A DNA stretch of 64,000 bases from the human T2T-CHM13v2.0 reference genome, Homo sapiens, in assembly GCF_009914755.1 (NCBI RefSeq), contig NC_060940.1, one strand, 5' to 3'. Each line of letters starts with the position of its first letter. Positions within the stretch are counted from its first letter, which is position 1. Positions 42,417-57,500 of this stretch are shown here, piece by piece. The notes below the pieces were generated by a model. It was given only the letters and a program-made list of their open reading frames with translations, did not search any database and had not been told where the DNA came from. Made by a program: the position numbers and the translations under genes.

Positions 42417-45400
42417 CGTACGATTCCATTCTGTGATGATTCCATGTGATTGCATTCAATGATGATTCCTTTCGATTGCATTCGATTATGATTCATTTCG
42501 TGTTCATTCTATGGTTCCACAGGTTTCCATTCGTGTCCATTCCATTATTCCATTCTATTCCATTTGATGATGATTCCATTCGATTCCATTCATTGGTGAT
42601 TCCACTCAATTCCATTCAATGATTCCATTCCATTTCTTTCAACAATGATTCCATTAGTTTCTAATCGATGATCCACTTGATTCCATTTGACGACGATTCC
42701 ATTCTTGTCCATTCGATGATTCCATTTGATTCCATATGATGATGATTCCATTCGATTCCATACCATGATGATTCCATTCGAGTCCATTCAATGGTGATTC
42801 CATTCAATTCCATTCGATGATTCCTTTCGATTCCATTCGATGATGATGGCATTCGATTCCTTTCAATCATTCCCTTTGATTCCATTCAAAGGTGATTTCA
42901 TTCAAGTCCATTCGATAATTGCATTCGATTCCATTCTATGATGATTCCATTCGAGTCCATTTGATGATTCCATTCAATTCAAGTCAATGATGATTCCATT
43001 CGATTCCACTCGATGATTCCATTGGATTCCATTCGATGATGATTCCATTCATATCCTTTCGATAATTCAATTCAAGTCCATTCGATGATGATTCCAATCG
43101 AATCCATTCAAAGATTCCATTCAGTTCCATTCGATGATTCCCTTAGATTCCATTCGATGATTCCACTTGATTGCATTTACGATGATTCCATTCGATTCCA
43201 TGTGATGATTCCATTCAATTCTATTCAATGATGTCTCCATTTGATTCCATTCGACCATGATTGCCTTTGATTCCATTCAATGATTCCATTCGGTTCCGTT
43301 TGATGATGATTCCGTTCGATTCCATTTGATGATTCCATTTGATTCCATTGGATGGGTCCATTCGATTACATTCGATGATTATTCCATTCGAGTGCATTAG
43401 ATGATTCCATTCGAGTCCATTCGATGATTCCATTCGATTCCATTCGATGTTGATTCTGTTCAAATCCATTCGATGATTCCACTCGATTCCATTCGTTGAC
43501 TCCATTTGATCCCATTCGATGATTTCCTTTGATTCCCTTTGATGATCATTCCATTTGATTCAATTCGGTGATTTCATTCGATTCCATTCAGTGATGTTTC
43601 CATTCGACTCCATTCGATGATGATTCCATTCGACTCCATTCGATTATGATTTCATTCAATTCCATTCGATAATGATTCCCTTCGAGTCCATTCGATGATT
43701 CCATTCGATTCCATTCAACGATGTTTTGATTCGTGTCCATTCGATGATTCCATTTGATTCCACTTGATGATGATTCCATTCGAGTCCATTTGATGATTCC
43801 ATTCAATTCCATACTCCGATGATTTCTTTTGAGCCCACTCAATGCTTCCACTCGATTCCATATGATGATGACTCCATTCGATGAAATTCGATGATGATTC
43901 CATTCGCTTGCTTTCGATGATGATTCCACTTGAGTCCGTTAGAAGATTCTATTCAATTACATTCCATGACGATTCCGTTCGAGTCCATTTGATGATTCCA
44001 TTAGACTCCATTCGACGATGATTCCTTTCGATGTTATTCCATGATTCCATTCGATATCAATCGATGATGATTCCATTCAACTCCATTCGATGTTTCCATT
44101 CGAGTTCATTCTATTATTGCATTAGATTCCATTCGATGATGATTCCATTCGATTCCATTTGATGATTGCATTCTGTTTCATTTGATGATGATTCCATTCG
44201 AGTCCACTCGATGATTCCATTCGAGTCCATTTAATGAATCCATTGGTTTCAATTCTATGATGATTACATTGGATTCCATTCGTTGATGATTTCATTCGGT
44301 TCCATTCAATGATGATTCCATTCAATTCCTTTCAATGTTTCCATTCAATTCCATACGATGATGATTCCATTTGATTTGATTCGACAGTGAGCCATTCGAT
44401 TCAATTCCATGATGATTCTATTTGATTCAATTGGTTGACATTTCCATTCGATTCCATTCGATGATGATTCCCTTTGATTCCGTTCAAAGATGATTCCATT
44501 CTAGCCCATTCAATCATTCCATTCGATTCTATTCAATGATGATTCCATTCATGTCGATTTGGTGATTCCATTTGACTTCATTTGATGATGATTCCTTTCA
44601 AGTTCATTAGATGATTCCATTCGATTCCATTTGATGATGATCCCATTCGAGTCCATTCAGTGATTCCATTCGTTTCCATTCCATGATGATTCCATTCCTT
44701 TCCATTCAATGATTCCATTCGATTCCGTTTGATGATGATTTCATTCGAGTCCATTTGATGATTCCATTTGATTCCATTCGATGATGATTCCATTCGAGTC
44801 CATTCGATGATTCTATTCGAATCCATTTGATGATTTCTTTTGATTATATTTGGTGATGATTCCATTGGAGTCCATTCAATGATTCCATTCGATTCCAATC
44901 GATGATGATTCCATTAGAGTCCATTTAATGATTCCATTTGATTCCAGTCTCTGATGATTACATTCGAGTCCATACGATGATTCCACTCAATTCCATATGA
45001 TGATGATTCCATTTGATTCCATTCGGTGATTCCATTCTATTCTATTCAATGGTGATTCCATTCGAGTACATTAGATGATTCCATTCGATTCCATTCAATG
45101 ATGATTCTATTTGTGTCCCTTAGATGATTCCACATGATTCCATTAGATGATGATACTATTTGAGCCCATCCAATGATTCCCTTCGATTCCATTCGATGAG
45201 GATTCCATTCGATTCAATTCATTGGTGATTCTATTCAATTCAATTCTTTGATTCCATTCCATTCCATTCGACAATGATTCCATTCGATTTCTTTCGATGA
45301 TTCCACTCGATTCCACTTGACATTGATTCCATTCGATTCCATTCAATGATTCCATTTGATTCCAGTGGATGATGATTGCCATCAATTCCATTCGATCACT

Positions 45401-48400
45401 CCATTCTATTCCATTTGATGATGATTACATTCGATTCCATTTGATGATTCCATCTGATTCTATTCGAGGATTCCATTTGATTCCATTCGATGATGATTCC
45501 ATTCGAGTCCATTCGATGATTTCATTCGAGTACATCCAATGATTCCATTCGAGTCCATTAGATGATTCCATTTGATTCCATTTGAAAATGATTCTACTAG
45601 AGTCCATTCAATGACTCCATTCGAGTCCATTCAACAATTCCATTCGACTCCATTCGATGATTCCATTCGATTCCATTTGATGGTTCCATTCGAGTCCATT
45701 TAATCATTACAGTCGAGTCCATTTGGTGATTCCACTGGATTTCTTTTGATAATGATACCATTCAATTACATTTGATGATGATCCCATTCAATTTCATTTG
45801 ATGATGATTCCATTAGAGTCCATTCGATGATTTCATTCGAGTCCCTTCATTGATTCCATCCGATTTCATTGGATGATGACTCCATTCGAGTCCATTCGAT
45901 GATTCCACTCGATTCCATTAGATGACTCCATTGGAGTCCATTTGATTGTTCCATTCGATTCCATTCGATTCCTTTCGAAGATTATTCCATTTGAGTCCAT
46001 TCGATGATGATTCCATTCCATTCCATTCGATGATTCCGTTTGATTCCATTCGATGATTCCCTTCGATTCCTTTCTTTGATGATTTCATTCCATTCCATTC
46101 AATGATTCCATTCGAATCTATTCCATGATGATTCCTTTCGATTCCATTCGCTGATGTTTCCGTTCAATTCCATTCGATGATGATTCCATTCGATTCCATT
46201 CATTGAGGATTCCATTTGATTCCATTCAATGATGATTCCATTCTATTCCACTCAATGATTGCATTCAATTCCATACAATGATTATCCCATTAGAGTAAAC
46301 TCAACGATTCCATTCAATACCATTCGATGATGATTCCTTTTGAGTCCATTCAATGATTTCATTCAAGTCCATTTGATGATTCCTTTCAATTCCATTCTAT
46401 GATGATTCCATTCGAGTCCATTCGATGATTCCATTCAATTGCATTTGATGATTCCATTATATTCCATTCAACGGTGATTCCATTCGAGTCCATTCCATGA
46501 TTCCATTAGAGTACATTTAATGATTGCTTTGTTTTCAATTCGAAGATGATTACATTGGATTCCATTCTATGATACCATTCGATTCCATTCAATGATGATT
46601 CCACTCAAATCCATTGGATGATTCCATTCGTGTCCATTCGGTGATTTCATTAGATTCCATTCGAGGATGATTCCATTCGATTCCATTCGATGATTCCATT
46701 CAATTCCATTCGATGATGATTCCATTCCAGTCCATATGATCATTCCATTTGATTTCATTCGATGATGATTCCATTCGATTCCATTCGACGATTCCATTCT
46801 ATTCCATTCGATGATGATTCCATTCGAGTCCATTCGATCAATCCATTCGAGTCCATTTAATGATTCCATTGGGTTCAATTCAATGATGATTACATTGGAT
46901 TCCGTTCTATGATTCCATTCAATTCCGTTCATTGACAATTTGATTCCATTCGATGATGATTCCATTTGAGTTCATTCGATGATTCTATTCGATTCTCTTC
47001 GATGGTGATTCAATTCTATTATATTGGATGATTCCATTCGATTCCATTTGATGTTGATTCAATTCGATTCTATTCGATGATGATTCCATTGGATTTCACT
47101 TGATGATTCTATTCGATTCCATTCAATGATGATTCACTTCTCGTCCATTGGATGATTCCATTTCATTCCATTCGATGATGATTCCATTCGATTCCATTCG
47201 ATGATTCCATTTGATTCCATGCGACGGTGAGCAATTCGATTCAATTCCATGATGATTCTATTTGATTCAATTAGATGATGTTTCCATTCGAATCCATTCC
47301 ATGATTATTCCATTGGAATCCATTCGGCGATGATTCCATATGAGTCAATTCAATGATGATTCCATATGGGTCCGTTCGATGATAATTCCATTTGATTTCA
47401 TTCGATGCTTCTATTCTATTCCAGTCGATGATGATTCCATTGGAGTCCATACGATGATTCCATTTGATTTCATTTGATGATGATTCCATTCGATGATGAT
47501 TACATTGGATTCCATTCTATGATTCCATTCAATTCCATTCGTTGATGATTCGATTCCATTCAATGATGATTCCATTTGAGTTCATTCGATGATTCTATTC
47601 GATTCCGTTCGATGGTGACTCAATTCTATTATACTGGATGATACCAGTCGATTCCATTTGATGATTATTCCATTGGAGTCCATTTAGTGAATCCTTTAGA
47701 TTCTACTCGACGATGATTCCATTCGAGTCCATTCGATGATACCATTCAATTCCATTCGTTGATGCTTCCATTCAAGTGCATTCGATGATATCATTCGATT
47801 CCATTTGATGATAATTCCATTTGATTCCATGCGATGATTCTATTCGATTCCATTCAATGATAATTCCATTCAATTCAGTGATTCCTCTGGACTCCATTTG
47901 ATGATGATTCCATTCAATGATTCCATTCGATTCTATTCGAAAATGATTCCATTTGAATCCATTTGATGATGATTCCATTAGATTCCATTTGATGATTCCA
48001 TTCGATTCCATTCGACGATGATTCCATTCGATTCCGTTTGATGATTCCATTCTATTCTATTCGATGATGATTCCATTCGATTCCATTCGATGATGATTGG
48101 ATTCGATTCCATTGGATGATTTCATTTGATTCCATTCGTTAATGATTTCGATCAATTCCATTCGATGATTCCATTCGATTCCATTCGATAATGATTACAT
48201 CCGAGTCCATTCGATGATTCCATTTTAGCCTGTTCGATAATTCCATTTGAGTCCAACCAATGATTCCATTCATTTCCATTCAATGATTCCATTCGAGTCC
48301 ATTTGATCATTCCGGTAGGGTCCATTCGATGTTGATTCCATTGGAGTGCATTCGATGATTCCATTCGAGTCCATTTTAGGATTTGATTCGAGTCCTTTCG

Positions 48401-48528
48401 ATGATTCCATTCGATTCCACTCGATGATGATTTCATTCGAGTCCATTCGACACTTCCAATCGATTCCATTTGATGATTCCATTCGAGTCCAATTGATGAT
48501 TCCATTCAATTCCATTCGATGATGATTC
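42417..48528 (+). repeat. Macro-unit U8, 6112 bp (full-length, no large indel)
   Basis: Anchors at 42417 and 48529. ORFs 42590/48702 and 43221/49333 recur at +6112. Confidence 0.93.
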
Positions 48529-51500
48529 CGTACGATACCATTCTGTGATGATTCCATGTGATTGCATTCAATGATGATTCCTTTCGATTGCATTCGATTA
48601 TGATTCATTTCGTGTTCATTCTATGGTTCCACAGGTTTCCATTCGTGTCCATTCCATTATTCCATTCTATTCCATTTGATGATGATTCCATTCGATTCCA
48701 TTCATTGGTGATTCCACTCAATTCCATTCAATGATTCCATTCCATTTCTTTCAACAATGATTCCATTAGTTTCTAATCGATGATCCACTTGATTCCATTT
48801 GACGACGATTCCATTCTTGTCCATTCGATGATTCCATTTGATTCCATATGATGATGATTCCATTCGATTCCATACCATGATGATTCCATTCGAGTCCATT
48901 CAATGGTGATTCCATTCAATTCCATTCGATGATTCCTTTTGATTCCATTCGATGATGATGGCATTCGATTCCTTTCAATCATTCCCTTTGATTCCATTCA
49001 AAGGTGATTTCATTCAAGTCCATTCGATAATTGCATTCGATTCCATTCTATGATGATTCCATTCGAGTCCATTTGATGATTCCATTCAATTCAAGTCAAT
49101 GATGATTCCATTCGATTCCATTCGATGATTCCATTGGATTCCATTCGATGATGATTCCATTCAAATCCTTTCGATAATTCAATTCAAGTCCATTCGATGA
49201 TGATTCCAATCGAATCCATTCAAAGATTCCATTCAGTTCCATTCGATGATTCCCTTAGATTCCATTCGATGATTCCACTTGATTGCATTTACGATGATTC
49301 CATTCGATTCCATGTGATGATTCCATTCAATTCTATTCAATGATGTCTCCATTTGATTCCATTCGACCATGATTGCCTTTGATTCCATTCAATGATTCCA
49401 TTCGGTTCCGTTTGATGATGATTCCGTTCGATTCCATTTGATGATTCCATTTGATTCCATTGGATGGGTCCATTCGATTACATTCGATGATTATTCCATT
49501 CGAGTGCATTAGATGATTCCATTCGAGTCCATTCGATGATTCCATTCGATTCCATTCGATGTTGATTCTGTTCAAATCCATTCGATGATTCCACTCGATT
49601 CCATTCGTTGACTCCATTTGATCCCATTCGATGATTTCCTTTGATTCCCTTTGATGATCATTCCATTTGATTCAATTCGGTGATTTCATTTGATTCCATT
49701 CAGTGATGTTTCCATTCGACTCCATTCGATGATGATTCCATTCGACTCCATTCGATTATGATTTCATTCAATTCCATTCGATAATGATTCCCTGCGAGTC
49801 TATTCGATGATTCCATTCGATTCCATTCAACGATGATTTGATTCGTGTCCATTCGATGATTCCATTTGATTCCACTTGATGATGATTCCATTCGAGCCCA
49901 TTTGATGATTCCATTCAATTCCATACTCCGATGATTTCTTTTGAGCCCACTCAATGCTTCCACTCGATTCCATATGATGATGACTCCATTCGATGAAATT
50001 CGATGATGATTCCATTCGCTTGCTTTCGATGATGATTCCACTTGAGTCCGTTAGAAGATTCTATTCAATTACATTCCATGACGATTCCATTCGAGTCCAT
50101 TTGATGATTCCATTAGACTCCATTCGACGATGATTCCATTCGATGTTATTCGATGATTCCATTTGATCTCATTCGATGATGATTCCATTCAACTCCATTC
50201 GATGTTTCCATTCGAGTTCATTCTATTATTCCATTAGATTCCATTCGATGATGATTCCATTCGATTCCATTTGATGATTGCATTCTATTTCATTTGATGA
50301 TGATTCCATTCGAGTCCACTCGATGATTCCATTCGAGTCCATTTAATGAATCCATTGGTTTCAATTCTATGATGATTACATTGGATTCCATTCGTTGATG
50401 ATTTCATTCGGTTCCATTCAATGATGATTCCATTCAATTCCTTTCAATGTTTCCATTCAATTCCATACGATGATGATTCCATTTGATTTGATTCGACAGT
50501 GAGCCATTCGATTCAATTCCATGATGATTCTATTTGATTCAATTGGTTGACATTTCCATTCGATTCCATTCGATGATGATTCCCTTTGATTCCGTTCAAA
50601 GATGATTCCATTCTAGCCCATTCAATCATTCCATTCGATTCTATTCAATGATGATTCCATTCATGTCGATTTGGTGATTCCATTTGACTTCATTTGATGA
50701 TGATTCCTTTCAAGTTCATTAGATGATTCCATTCGATTCCATTTGATGATGATCCCATTCGAGTCCATTCAGTGATTCCATTCATTTCCATTCCATGATG
50801 ATTCCATTCCTTTCCATTCAATGATTCCATTCGATTCCGTTTGATGATGATTTCATTCGAGTCCATTTGATGATTCCATTTGATTCCATTCGATGATGAT
50901 TCCATTCGAGTCCATTCGATGATTCTATTCGAATCCATTTGATGATTTCTTTTGATTATATTTGGTGATGATTCCATTGGAGTCCATTCAATGATTCCAT
51001 TCTATTCCAATCGATGATGATTCCATTAGAGTCCATTTAATGATTCCATTTGATTCCAGTCTCTGATGATTACATTCGAGTCCATACGATGATTCCACTC
51101 AATTCCATATGATGATGATTCCATTTGATTCCATTCGGTGATTCCATTCTATTCTATTCAATGGTGATTCCATTCGAGTACATTAGATGATTCCATTCGA
51201 TTCCATTCAATGATGATTCTATTTGTGTCCCTTAGATGATTCCACATGATTCCATTAGATGATGATACTATTTGAGCCCATCCAATGATTCCCTTCGATT
51301 CCATTCGATGAGGATTCCATTCGATTCAATTCATTGGTGATTCTATTCAATTCAATTCTTTGATTCCATTCCATTCCATTCGACAATAATTCCATTCGAT
51401 TTCTTTCGATGATTCCACTCGATTCCACTTGACATTGATTCCATTCGATTCCATTCAATGATTCCATTTGATTCCAGTGGATGATGATTGCCATCGATTC

Positions 51501-54500
51501 CATTCGATCACTCCATTCTATTCCATTTGATGATGATTACATTCGATTCCATTTGATGATTCCATCTGATTCTATTCGAGGATTCCATTTGATTCCATTC
51601 GATGATGTTTCCATTCGACTCCATTCGATGATGATTCCATTCGACTCCATTCGATTATGATTTCATTCAATTCCATTCGATAATGATTCCCTTCGAGTCC
51701 ATTCGATGATTCCATTCGATTCCATTCAACGATGTTTTGATTCGTGTCCATTCGATGATTCCATTTGATTCCACTTGATGATGATTCCATTCGAGTCCAT
51801 TTGATGATTCCACTCAATTCCATACTCCGATGATTTCTTTTGAGCCCACTCAATGCTTCCACTCGATTCCATATGATGATGACTCCATTCGATGAAATTC
51901 GATGATGATTCCATTCGCTTGCTTTCGATGATGATTCCACTTGAGTCCGTTAGAAGATTCTATTCAATTACATTCCATGACGATTCCGTTCGAGTCCATT
52001 TGATGATTCCATTAGACTCCATTCGACGATGATTCCTTTCGATGTTATTCCATGATTCCATTCGATATCAATCGATGATGATTCCATTCAACTCCATTCG
52101 ATGTTTCCATTCGAGTTCATTCTATTATTGCATTAGATTCCATTCGATGATGATTCCATTCGATTCCATTTGATGATTGCATTCTGTTTCATTTGATGAT
52201 GATTCCATTCGAGTCCACTCGATGATTCCATTCGAGTCCATTTAATGAATCCATTGGTTTCAATTCTATGATGATTACATTGGATTCCATTCGTTGATGA
52301 TTTCATTCGGTTCCATTCAATGATGATTCCATTCAATTCCTTTCAATGTTTCCATTCAATTCCATACGATGATGATTCCATTTGATTTGATTCGACAGTG
52401 AGCCATTCGATTCAATTCCATGATGATTCTATTTGATTCAATTGGTTGACATTTCCATTCGATTCCATTCGATGATGATTCCCTTTGATTCCGTTCAAAG
52501 ATGATTCCATTCTAGCCCATTCAATCATTCCATTCGATTCTATTCAATGATGATTCCATTCATGTCGATTTGGTGATTCCATTTGACTTCATTTGATGAT
52601 GATTCCTTTCAAGTTCATTAGATGATTCCATTCGATTCCATTTGATGATGATCCCATTCGAGTCCATTCAGTGATTCCATTCGTTTCCATTCCATGATGA
52701 TTCCATTCCTTTCCATTCAATGATTCCATTCGATTCCGTTTGATGATGATTTCATTCGAGTCCATTTGATGATTCCATTTGATTCCATTCGATGATGATT
52801 CCATTCGAGTCCATTCGATGATTCTATTCGAATCCATTTGATGATTTCTTTTGATTATATTTGGTGATGATTCCATTGGAGTCCATTCAATGATTCCATT
52901 CGATTCCAATCGATGATGATTCCATTAGAGTCCATTTAATGATTCCATTTGATTCCAGTCTCTGATGATTACATTCGAGTCCATACGATGATTCCACTCA
53001 ATTCCATATGATGATGATTCCATTTGATTCCATTCGGTGATTCCATTCTATTCTATTCAATGGTGATTCCATTCGAGTACATTAGATGATTCCATTCGAT
53101 TCCATTCAATGATGATTCTATTTGTGTCCCTTAGATGATTCCACATGATTCCATTAGATGATGATACTATTTGAGCCCATCCAATGATTCCCTTCGATTC
53201 CATTCGATGAGGATTCCATTCGATTCAATTCATTGGTGATTCTATTCAATTCAATTCTTTGATTCCATTCCATTCCATTCGACAATGATTCCATTCGATT
53301 TCTTTCGATGATTCCACTCGATTCCACTTGACATTGATTCCATTCGATTCCATTCAATGATTCCATTTGATTCCAGTGGATGATGATTGCCATCAATTCC
53401 ATTCGATCACTCCATTCTATTCCATTTGATGATGATTACATTCGATTCCATTTGATGATTCCATCTGATTCTATTCGAGGATTCCATTTGATTCCATTCG
53501 ATGATGATTCCATTCGAGTCCATTCGATGATTTCATTCGAGTACATCCAATGATTCCATTCGAGTCCATTAGATGATTCCATTTGATTCCATTTGAAAAT
53601 GATTCTACTAGAGTCCATTCAATGACTCCATTCGAGTCCATTCAACAATTCCATTCGACTCCATTCGATGATTCCATTCGATTCCATTTGATGGTTCCAT
53701 TCGAGTCCATTTAATCATTACAGTCGAGTCCATTTGGTGATTCCACTGGATTTCTTTTGATAATGATACCATTCAATTACATTTGATGATGATCCCATTC
53801 AATTTCATTTGATGATGATTCCATTAGAGTCCATTCGATGATTTCATTCGAGTCCCTTCATTGATTCCATCCGATTTCATTGGATGATGACTCCATTCGA
53901 GTCCATTCGATGATTCCACTCGATTCCATTAGATGACTCCATTGGAGTCCATTTGATTGTTCCATTCGATTCCATACGATTCCTTTCGAAGATTATTCCA
54001 TTTGAGTCCATTCGATGATGATTCCATTCCATTCCATTCGATGATTCCGTTTGATTCCATTCGATGATTCCCTTCGATTCCTTTCTTTGATGATTTCATT
54101 CCATTCCATTCAATGATTCCATTCGAATCTATTCCATGATGATTCCTTTCGATTCCATTCGCTGATGTTTCCGTTCAATTCCATTCGATGATGATTCCAT
54201 TCGATTCCATTCATTGAGGATTCCATTTGATTCCATTCAATGATGATTCCATTCTATTCCACTCAATGATTGCATTCAATTCCATACAATGATTATCCCA
54301 TTAGAGTAAACTCAACGATTCCATTCAATACCATTCGATGATGATTCCTTTTGAGTCCATTCAATGATTTCATTCAAGTCCATTTGATGATTCCTTTCAA
54401 TTCCATTCTATGATGATTCCATTCGAGTCCATTCGATGATTCCATTCAATTGCATTTGATGATTCCATTATATTCCATTCAACGGTGATTCCATTCGAGT

Positions 54501-57500
54501 CCATTCCATGATTCCATTAGAGTACATTTAATGATTGCTTTGTTTTCAATTCGAAGATGATTACATTGGATTCCATTCTATGATACCATTCGATTCCATT
54601 CAATGATGATTCCACTCAAATCCATTGGATGATTCCATTCGTGTCCATTCGGTGATTTCATTAGATTCCATTCGAGGATGATTCCATTCGATTCCATTCG
54701 ATGATTCCATTCAATTCCATTCGATGATGATTCCATTCCAGTCCATATGATCATTCCATTTGATTTCATTCGATGATGATTCCATTCGATTCCATTCGAT
54801 GATTCCATTCTATTCCATTCGATGATGATTCCATTCGAGTCCATTCGATGATTCCATTCGAGTCCATTTAATGATTCCATTGGGTTCAATTCAATGATGA
54901 TTACATTGGATTCCGTTCTATGATTCCATTCAATTCCATTCATTGACAATTTGATTCCATTCGATGATGATTCCATTTGAGTTCATTCGATGATTCTATT
55001 CGATTCTCTTCGATGGTGATTCAATTCTATTATATTGGATGATTCCATTCGATTCCATTTGATGTTGATTCAATTCGATTCTATTCGATGATGATTCCAT
55101 TGGATTTCACTTGATGATTCTATTCGATTCCATTCAATGATGATTCACTTCTCGTCCATTGGATGATTCCATTTCATTCCATTCGATGATGATTCCATTC
55201 GATTCCATTCGATGATTCCATTTGATTCCATGCGACGGTGAGCAATTCGATTCAATTCCATGATGATTCTATTTGATTCAATTAGATGATGTTTCCATTC
55301 GAATCCATTCCATGATTATTCCATTGGAATCCATTCGGCGATGATTCCATATGAGTCAATTCAATGATGATTCCATATGGGTCCGTTCGATGATAATTCC
55401 ATTTGATTTCATTCGATGCTTCTATTCTATTCCAGTCGATGATGATTCCATTGGAGTCCATACGATGATTCCATTTGATTTCATTTGATGATGATTCCAT
55501 TCGATGATGATTACATTGGATTCCATTCTATGATTCCATTCAATTCCATTCGTTGATGATTCGATTCCATTCAATGATGATTCCATTTGAGTTCATTCGA
55601 TGATTCTATTCGATTCCGTTCGATGGTGACTCAATTCTATTATACTGGATGATACCAGTCGATTCCATTTGATGATTATTCCATTGGAGTCCATTTAGTG
55701 AATCCTTTAGATTCTACTCGACGATGATTCCATTCGAGTCCATTCGATGATACCATTCAATTCCATTCGTTGATGCTTCCATTCAAGTGCATTCGATGAT
55801 ATCATTCGATTCCATTTGATGATAATTCCAATTGATTCCATGCGATGATTCTATTCGATTCCATTCAATGATAATTCCATTCAATTCAGTGATTCCTCTG
55901 GACTCCATTTGATGATGATTCCATTCAATGATTCCATTCGATTCTATTCGAAAATGATTCCATTTGAATCCATTTGATGATGATTCCATTAGATTCCATT
56001 TGATGATTCCATTCGATTCCATTCGACGATGATTCCATTCGATTCCGTTTGATGATTCCATTCTATTCTATTCGATGATGATTCCATTCGATTCCATTCG
56101 ATGATGATTGGATTCGATTCCATTGGATGATTTCATTTGATTCCATTCGTTAATGATTTCGATCAATTCCATTCGATGATTCCATTCGATTCCATTCGAT
56201 AATGATTACATCCGAGTCCATTCGATGATTCCATTTTAGCCTGTTCGATAATTCCATTTGAGTCCAACCAATGATTCCATTCATTTCCATTCAATGATTC
56301 CATTCGAGTCCATTTGATCATTCCGGTAGGGTCCATTCGATGTTGATTCCATTGGAGTGCATTCGATGATTCCATTCGAGTCCATTTTAGGATTTGATTC
56401 GAGTCCTTTCGATGATTCCATTCGATTCCACTCGATGATGATTTCATTCGAGTCCATTCGACACTTCCAATCGATTCCATTTGATGATTCCATTCGAGTC
56501 CAATTGATGATTCCATTCAATTCCATTCGATGATGATTCCGTACGATACCATTCTGTGATGATTCCATGTGATTGCATTCAATGATGATTCCTTTCGATT
56601 GCATTCGATTATGATTCATTTCGTGTTCATTCTATGGTTCCACAGGTTTCCATTCGTGTCCATTCCATTATTCCATTCTATTCCATTTGATGATGATTCC
56701 ATTCGATTCCATTCATTGGTGATTCCACTCAATTCCATTCAATGATTCCATTCCATTTCTTTCAACAATGATTCCATTAGTTTCTAATCGATGATCCACT
56801 TGATTCCATTTGACGACGATTCCATTCTTGTCCATTCGATGATTCCATTTGATTCCATATGATGATGATTCCATTCGATTCCATACCATGATGATTCCAT
56901 TCGAGTCCATTCAATGGTGATTCCATTCAATTCCATTCGATGATTCCTTTTGATTCCATTCGATGATGATGGCATTCGATTCCTTTCAATCATTCCCTTT
57001 GATTCCATTCAAAGGTGATTTCATTCAAGTCCATTCGATAATTGCATTCGATTCCATTCTATGATGATTCCATTCGAGTCCATTTGATGATTCCATTCAA
57101 TTCAAGTCAATGATGATTCCATTCGATTCCATTCGATGATTCCATTGGATTCCATTCGATGATGATTCCATTCAAATCCTTTCGATAATTCAATTCAAGT
57201 CCATTCGATGATGATTCCAATCGAATCCATTCAAAGATTCCATTCAGTTCCATTCGATGATTCCCTTAGATTCCATTCGATGATTCCACTTGATTGCATT
57301 TACGATGATTCCATTCGATTCCATGTGATGATTCCATTCAATTCTATTCAATGATGTCTCCATTTGATTCCATTCGACCATGATTGCCTTTGATTCCATT
57401 CAATGATTCCATTCGGTTCCGTTTGATGATGATTCCGTTCGATTCCATTTGATGATTCCATTTGATTCCATTGGATGGGTCCATTCGATTACATTCGATG

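Noticed and set aside
51572-51940. 122-aa and 119-aa fusion ORFs spanning junctions (also 59583, 25430, and the 63-aa one at 62589)
   Set aside because: They only mark rearrangement breakpoints; there is no evidence of coding function.
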